This document shows, piece by piece, positions 53,401 to 64,000 of a DNA stretch of 64,000 nt; the first letter of the stretch is position 1; each line of letters starts with the position of its first letter. The notes under the pieces are model-generated. The model saw nothing but the letters and a program-made list of their open reading frames with translations, had not been told where the DNA came from and did no database searches. The position numbers and the translations under genes are program-made. Source of the stretch: Paraspadella gotoi (Eukaryota; Animalia; Chaetognatha). The stretch is taken from assembly GCA_051294375.1 (NCBI GenBank), contig CM119264.1, forward strand, positions 22,841,826 through 22,905,825, given 5' to 3'.

Positions 53401-56400
53401 GTATTTGCGGGAACACAATTTAAATTAGTATGTTGGAGTCTGTCTTTTTCAATTATTTTCCTCACAAAAGCAATAAAATCGTGGTGGAACCAGAAAACCG
53501 CTTATCATAGCCCTCTTCAATCCCAAATGGACAAGCGGCTGTGACTGTGAGTGATAGTCGACTTAGGGCGATATTTGAAATCCGTGAGTACACAGTGCAG
53601 TACACAGTACAAACTACACATGTTTTATCCAAGATTAGGCAGATTTAATTGTCCGACTTTTATAAATCAAATACTTATGGTGAACTAAAATCCACCAACC
53701 GTTCATCAGAGGCCGTTGATGCCGGAGGCAAGTCATTCGCCTCCCAACCCAAAGGTCCAGGTTCTAGCCCGGTGGTCTAGATAGAACTGTTCTGTCACTA
53801 GCACATAACAATTATTATTGTCTCTTCATACTTATAATAGAAATGAAATACTAAAACTTGAATGGTTTGAATTCAAAGCTTAAATAAATGTTAAATTTAA
53901 TTACTTCATTTATTGTCCTGCAGAGTTGATAATCTCTTCCTCTGTGAAAATAAAACCGGTTTGTTTTTTCCATTTCTCGTCAACGAAATTGATAGAGATA
54001 TTCTATATTCTATTCTTTTGAGGCGATTGTTATTAAAATTAATTAATGCTCGTTGTACAGGTTTTTTAATTAGCCGGTGAAGGGAAGAATTAGTGTGTTA
54101 TCATCCATTTATCTAGTTAGTGAGAATATTTTGCCTTCTATCCTAAATTTTCTAATTTTCTACCACTATAATATTGATTTATAATTTGAGAGTATTAAAT
54201 TAGTAGAAGTCAAAATAAAAATCTAAAGCGAAACAGAGAGGCGGCTTCATACTTGAGTCGGCGACGCATTTGCTTTGATCCGTCAACCAACGACGCATCA
54301 ACTGCGAGGCCGTCGGGGATCGACCTCGACGGTTGAACTCGTCCACGACGGATTCCGATAGAGGGAGACGCGTCGTCGGCGTCGTTGTCGTTGTCGTCGA
54401 CGTCGTCGTTGGTGTCGTCGACATCGTCTTTGGCTGTTGCGATTGCGATGCAGAGCGCAAGTTGTAATTATTTATGGACTCAGCGATTGGAGAAGTTGCT
54501 GATTTTGGTGACAGTAGACCCTTGCCCGCTAGAACTTCTGACTGCGAGAGAGGGAATGCTTTTGAAGCTGTTTGCGGCGAATTACTTTGCAGATCAATCT
54601 CGTTGGTTAACGGCGAGGAAGCTGTCGTTGTTGGCGGCCGCATCGTCGTCGTCGTCAACGACGTCGTCGGCGTTACGCGTCGTTGGCGATTATCTAATTC
54701 TTCATCATGGTAGTCATTTGTGTAATTGTTGTCGAACTTCATGTTGTCATTTCTAAATTCGTCATATTCATTACAATTTTCTTTTTTATCCTTGTCCTCT
54801 TGCCACTCGTCCTGAATGTGCAAAGAGTCAGCGCTCGGAGAGCAAGGCGACGTTTCCATGGGAACTACAGGTGGCGCGGGAGATTCTGGCGTCGTGAGAC
54901 TGCGAAAGAATGCCGCTTCCGGAGCGCCGGTGTCATCTCGTTGATACTGAAATTGCGGCGATGCCGTCTCATCAGTTTCTGGCGACGAGACGAAGGCAGG
55001 GCCGTCGGGCGCAGAGTTGCCGTCGACGTCGTTGTCGTCGTCGTCGTTACTTTGCCGATCTTCATGCCAACCTTTGAGGCGGCGATCGAAGACGAGAAAA
55101 AAGAAGTAGATAAAAAGCGGAAAACGAAAGGGAATGAGGAAAAAAAAGGTCATGCATCTAAGAAACCGTCAATTACGCTTTCAAAGAGAAAAAAGGAAAC
55201 GCGCAACACGACTTGATTTTTAAAATGTTTTGGGGTGTTTTTCCCAACTTTTGTTTCGTTGTCCTGAATTCCCTCCTTGCTTTCTTTCTTCCTCCATTTC
55301 AATTAGTACGACCCTTTCTCCCCCCCTTCAGCTTCTCTCTCCCCCTTCTGTCGTCCCCCATCCCCTCACCCTCCCACTCTCACCTTCTCCAGTCTCCGCC
55401 TCGACCGGCTCCTCGATCGCAATCTCCCTCAAGACGACCGTCTCCGCGGAGAACGTGGAGCATCCCGAGAGGCTTGAAAGACGCTTAAGCTCGTGGGAGT
55501 CGGTCCTGGCGTAGCAGCGCAGCAGCGGGGCCGGGGGCAGCAGCGCCGGGGAAAGCGGCGATGGGGACGGAGCGGGAGGCTGAGGCGTCGGACCATGCGG
55601 GACGGCGTCGCTCGATATTAAGTCGACCGCGTCCGTATTAGATTCTTTGGTTAAAACTGATTGTTCGCTCGTTCGTTCGCTAGTTTGTTCGTTCGTTGGT
55701 TTATCTATGCTATCGAGGGAATCGGTTTCGTCAGACGACGGAGACGAAATGCGAACCGAAGGCAAAGAGGTGGAGGAGACCGACGTGAGAGGAAGCGTCG
55801 TCGGCGTTTGGGATTCGTTTCGCAGATCGCTTCCGATTTCTCTTAGGGTTTCACCCAGAGATTCATTGAAGGGTTCAGTTCGGGGTTCCGTTTGGAAATT
55901 AAGCGGGAGTTCGGTTCGGGATTCAGCCTTTGAAATTGACGGAGCGATCGAGTCTTGAGGCGACCGCGGCTTCGTCGTTGGCGAGGTCTCCTTCGGGCGA
56001 CGAGTCGAATGATTAAGCGGATCGAATATGACGAGCGAGTCGGAAGCCTTGTCAGCTGGCGCTAACGTGGCGGGGCTAGGCCGGGAGGGGCATGCCGCGA
56101 CGGCCTCCACATGCCGATCTTGTTCGGCCGATCGCCCCATAAGTCTCAATTCTTCCGCATCGAATCCGTCGTCAGAAATGAAATCTCCGCAACAGAATTC
56201 TCCGCTTGTGGTGACCCACGCCCGGCTCGTGGTTCCCCATTCCCCGCTTTGGCTGAGTGAATCGTCTGAAGAAGACGTAGGTTGATCGCGAGGGACTGGA
56301 TGTCGGGAGAAAATCGAGGGAAAAAGGATGGAACAAATATATTTTTTTAGGTTTACAAAGTAGCACATAAAACGTACTATGAGATATCACACGATCAAGT

Positions 56401-57974
56401 TAAACAATAAGTTGTGGCGGTATATTCACACCGCCTCACGTCCGTCATCCTTCAGCCAAATCCATTGGCTCAGAGGGGGAACACACCATCCCAAGTGTAG
56501 TGTTCCATCCACAGTCCTAACGACTTCCCTCTGCGTTGGCAAAGCGAGACCGTCCTAGGGTAACCGCGCCAGTGACTGGAGGCGTCACTGAGGGTCGGAA
56601 GCCCCCAAAGCCAACAGTGAGATGCCCCATCCCAATGGGCATCACAGGCAACCCGGCTGTTGCCATAAAGTTTGCTTTAAATGAATGCATAAATTGATCT
56701 ATGCTTCTTTTTATATATTTTAGAAGAATTCATAAATGCGTACAAACCTCTCAATCCTTTTCGCTTCTTCCTTCTTTTGATTGGAGATTCAGCTTCGGAA
56801 TTAAATGCGATCAAATCGCATTCCGTCTCTGGAAAAACAAAATATTCAAACGAAAATTAAATGGATTCAATTTATTTCGACTTTTCTCATATATTATATA
56901 ACGCTTTGAACCAGGGGCGGCGAAAGGGGGGTTTCATTCGCCTCAGGCGGAGGGCCCAGGATGGCTCCAGGAAGAGAGAAAAAATAAGAAAAAAAAAAGA
57001 AGAAGAAAAAAAAGAAGAAAAAAGAATAGGAGGCAGAAGTTTGAGCACTGGAGCAATTCTCAAAGCAGAAAGTCGGTATTCGAAAACTAAATTAATGGAG
57101 AGGGGGGGGGGGGCGGCCAGGGGGTCAGTGGGGGGGCCCGCCATTTCTCTCGCCGACGCTGCTTCGAACAACTATATTATTAAATCTATGTATGACGTCA
57201 GAGCTAGAGATAATTTCCGTGTCCCCTTAATAGTCAACTGCGGTTGAATAAATTTAATGCCCAAACAAGTTATTTTCGCCGGCGGGAAGGTGGAAACTGA
57301 GTTGATGTCATTTATTGGGGATTCGATGCGATTTCAGCGATGATTTCATTCGTTATTATTAGATATTTACGCTACAACTAAATTTTTTTCTTAAAATTAA
57401 ATACGTTACATTGACTATAAACATTTACCAAGTCTCATTAAGGAATTATATATAAACACATTAATAAAACAAATAGCAAATATCAATTTCCCTACCATCG
57501 GCGTCGCTCTGCGCCATCCCCGAAAAGGACCATTCGCTCAGTGACTTTTTGGTGTAGAGCGTCCGGACGGGAGATTCGGACGCCGGATGCCAGGCGGCGT
57601 CTGTGGCGTCGGATACCGTCGGATACCGGCGCCGGATCGGAGAGATCGGAGCCGAAATTGGCGGCGCCATCCGGCGGCGCTGAAGATCTAATCGCGGCGT
57701 TGAGACGGAAACTGGATACAGGGGAAAACATTTTATGACTATAATATATAATATATATATAATATATAATAATTATCATCTTAATCATCATCTTCGTCAT
57801 CATCCTCACCATCATCACATGCTCAATGCTCAATTGCTCATCAGTTATTAATAATTACTTAGATCGTTATTCTCTTCATCAGAACTGGTTCCGTCGTTCT
57901 CCAATTTTCTCGTCGTCGTCGTCGTCGTCTCATCTTCGTCGTTGTTCCTCGTCCTCCCCCAGAGACTTCGCGCC
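47493..57974 (-). CDS. Multi-exon gene encoding a large Ser/Pro/Thr-rich protein with a probable divergent C-terminal RUN domain (RUSC-like architecture); 5' end not resolved
   Basis: The 3' exons ..-50009, 49771-49628, 49481-49270, 48254-48158 and 47882-47493 join in phase. They give LPGLLRGLLLHGI...RNVWS...FERLKFLVAAFNH...LYEKSG...AELEALMTSFPFDF, the order of RUN blocks. Long low-complexity exons lie at ~54230-55080 and ~55330-56300, with further exons at ~56748-56828, 57496-57711 and 57859-57974. The gene structure is better supported than the RUN call. Confidence 0.55.
52329..52402 (+). ncRNA. Twister ribozyme in the 5' LTR (predicted cleavage 52352/52353)
   Basis: Same motif as 35233-35306. 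L4 reads TCCAAAGC, giving one mismatch in the pseudoknot with CGG (mutation or read error). Confidence 0.65.
52749..52822 (+). ncRNA. Twister ribozyme in the 3' LTR (predicted cleavage 52772/52773)
   Basis: GCAGTT-AA-gAGG-GA-CGG-GGCGCT-TAA-CCC-GCC-TGTAAC-atggt-GTTACA-G-CCTGA-TCCGAAGC-TCAGG-GACTGC. Confidence 0.7.
53676..53828 (+). mobile_element. Family A solo LTR with the ribozyme deleted (duplicate copy at 52073-52152, cut by the gap)
   Basis: TSD TACT (53672-53675, 53829-53832). Retains the hairpin, tRNA-like block and 3' end TCTCTTCA but lacks the GCAGTT...GACTGC twister block. Confidence 0.8.
56413..56667 (+). mobile_element. Solo LTR of twister/tRNA-like retroelement, family C
   Basis: Perfect 4-bp TSD AAGT (56409-56412, 56668-56671). 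Ends TGTGGC...GCCATA, 5' hairpin GGCGGT-atattcac-ACCGCC, A box TGGCTCAGAGG, degenerate B box GTTCCATCC, twister at 56535-56615. Confidence 0.8.
56535..56615 (+). ncRNA. Twister ribozyme, type P5 (predicted cleavage 56561/56562)
   Basis: GTTGGC-aAA-GCGA-GA-CCG-TCC.ta.GGG-TAA-CCGC-GCC-AGTGAC-tggaggc-GTCACT-G-AGGG-TCGGAAGC-CCCC-aaa-GCCAAC, with pseudoknot CGG/CCG. Confidence 0.8.
56912..57161. mobile_element. hAT-type MITE
   Basis: Imperfect TIR CAGGGGCGGCGA / TCGCCGACGCTG and an 8-bp TSD CTTTGAAC / CTTCGAAC (one mismatch). Confidence 0.7.
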
Positions 57975-59217
57975 CTGAGAAAAAAAAACCAGTTTCTCAC
58001 TTTCAATATTTGTGCTTTTTCTTCACACAAGCGCTTTTCCGAAAATCCGAAGTTTGCTTTCTTTTCCCGTTCCATTTTTTCACCCTTTTTCTATCTTGTA
58101 TTTGCTGAGTGGATCGAATGCGAAAATCTGTCACAATCTTCTCAATTGGTATGATCAATTTTGTTTTAATTCACGGTTTTTCGCTTTACGTCTGAATTTA
58201 TTTTCATCGCAATCTACTTTCTATGAACTCTACAGTCAGCACTGCACTTGAGCCCTGGCTTGCCCTAACCCGTTCGAATTTACTAAATAACAAAATTAAA
58301 AACGAATTGTGAATCATTAATTTTGTTCTAAAATATTTAAAAATATCACATTTTGTTTATTATTATATTACAATTTTTGTTTTTGAAATATCCTTAATTA
58401 TGAGTGAGCAATACAAAAAAATCATAAGTAGATTTGTTATAACAAATAAATATTCATAGATATGACTTTTTAAAGTCTTTTTTCAGAGTTGTCATTCTTC
58501 TCTTTCATCAACTTTTTCTTGATTGGAATGAGACAAAAAAAGGCATACGTTGTTCTGTTCTGCAATTTTTTAAAGGAAAAAAAAGTTCAAAAAATCATTA
58601 TTATTCAGAAGTTTAGACGTTTTTTTCCCTTTTTCCCCCGGATCCAATGAAACAACAACAACAACAACAACAACAAAAACAGACAGAAGATATGCTAAAC
58701 AGTTTATGCCAAACTCTGTATGCTTACAAAAATATACATTATTAGAGTTTGCTGAAGCAGTAATGAGAAAAAAAGAAGGCAAATATTTGTAAAAAATAAT
58801 ACGTTTTCAATCGCAGCAACTGATCACCATCCGGTGGGCGGCCCCATTTCCACAGATAGAAATCAAGAACAACAACAAGAAGAACAACAACGACGTCGAC
58901 GACGACGACATCGAAAACCGGAAAGGTTTCATTTAAACCCGGCGTCGCCGATGATACATTCGCCGCGATGTCATTACAATCACTTTCTCAGTTAATTGAA
59001 AAGGTTTTTTATTGAGTTTCTCTTTCTCTTATGTTTTTGTCTTTAAAGAAAAAAAAGTTATTTTTTTTCAAACGCTTTCATAATAAATTTTAACAGCTTT
59101 AAAAAAAATTTGTTTTGCTAACGATGAGCATTTTTAGCATCGCAGGACTAACAAGATCGTGAAAGCAAAAAGATTCAAGAGGCAAAAACTCTCTCTTTCT
59201 CGCTTGAGAGAATCGTC

Positions 59218-59261
59218 GTCACGTGAATGGTTGGAATCAACCAATCAACCAATCAACCAAT
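59218..59261. promoter_or_regulatory. E-box (GTCACGTGA) plus three tandem CCAAT boxes between the head-to-head RUN-like and NOX genes
   Basis: GTCACGTGA at 59218-59226 and three CCAAT boxes with 8-bp spacing at 59241-59261, between divergently oriented genes. Function is inferred only. Confidence 0.35.
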
Positions 59262-60208
59262 CGTCTATTTACTATTTTGTTATTATGAAATTGGTACAAC
59301 CAATATAAAAATTATCCATTCATTTAATAAATAAGCTATTTTGCCCCTGACTTTGGACAGGCTTTGGTGGTTTAAGGCCTCCATCACTCTTACAAGATAA
59401 TTACATAGCAGGTCCCTGCAAGCTTTCAATCAAGACTCTCTCACAGTCCTGTTTATTCACTCCCAGAGTACCTGGCTTCCCTATCAATGAAGTGGAAAAT
59501 ATTTCAAAGAATGTTTCAATTGTATGAAAAGACCACTCCCTTTATTTCAGAAAAAAAATTAGGAATTTTCAACTTTGACTTTTCTTCACTTTTCACTTCA
59601 CTTTTCACTTTTCACTTTTCACTTTTCACTTCACTTTTCACTTTTCACTTCCCTTCTTCTCACTTCGGTCATCCGAGGATTGAATTGATTTGATTGATCA
59701 CAAGATCTAATAGAAGAAGAAATATAAAAAAAAAAAAAAGAAGAAAAAAGATACTAAAGAAAAGGACCCGAACAAATATTTTAAGCTTCTTACACTCGAT
59801 CAAAAACGGGACCTCGATTTCTTTTTGTCGCTTCAGATTTTCCGGAATTTCTTTTTTTTTATATTGAGCCGACGAAAACTACGAAACATCGACGCGTCGA
59901 AACGAATTCAAAAACCGAATTAAGTCAGTTTCGAACCCATAAAATTTCCGGTTTCCTCGACTCTTTTAAATAAAGAAAAGACACGCCTTTAAAAGTAAAC
60001 AGAAAATTAACAACTGTATTGCTCCACTTTTAAACCAAGAAAAAAAAAAGATGTAATGCCACGCAAACGCTTAAAAATCATTACGTAATATGTGGCATTG
60101 TGATAGATGATTATATGTAAATTTTCATGACAAATACTATATCCAAACCTCAGTTTTATTTTTAATTTCTTTTTCGATTCCATTGAGCAGAAAGTTTCCT
60201 TCCTCGAA

Positions 60209-64000
<3,792 letters not shown>

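Larger units (their letters stand above)
51240..53760. repeat. ~0.9-kb direct duplication (51240-52152 versus ~52180-52221 + 52875-53755) across an N-gap, probably two haplotypes
   Basis: Both copies carry GGTCACCTTTGAGAAGGCGGG..GATGAAGCGACCCTTCGAACC and the same downstream solo LTR. Only the second copy carries the 52222-52874 insertion. Confidence 0.8.

Overview
Eukaryotic, apparently invertebrate-animal genomic DNA: AT-rich, with short GT-AG introns, abundant (GA)n/(ACG)n microsatellites, N-gaps and long-read-type indel noise. Spliced genes reconstructed by eye are a VMO1-like beta-prism protein (+, ~19.3-20.2 kb), two tandem divergent SLC16/MCT-like transporters (-, 32.6-35.7 and 39.8-42.3 kb), a large low-complexity protein with a probable C-terminal RUN domain (-, 47.5-58 kb) and a NOX1-4/gp91phox-type NADPH oxidase with a long N-terminal extension (+, 60.2 kb to the window end). 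The main discovery is a set of small non-coding LTR-type elements at six intronic loci, in three divergent families, with perfect or one-mismatch 4-bp TSDs. Their LTR is built as 5' hairpin + tRNA-like Pol III promoter + circularly permuted (type-P5) twister ribozyme with clear base covariation. One copy (52222-52874) is a complete LTR-PBS-internal-PPT-LTR element, i.e. a candidate twister-based LTR 'retrozyme' predicted to release a ~420-nt monomer/circular RNA. The window also holds Tc1/mariner and hAT MITEs, degenerate Penelope-type hammerheads, a 2.8-kb foldback and several duplications that are probably assembly artefacts. All homology calls are from motif recall; no database search was run.
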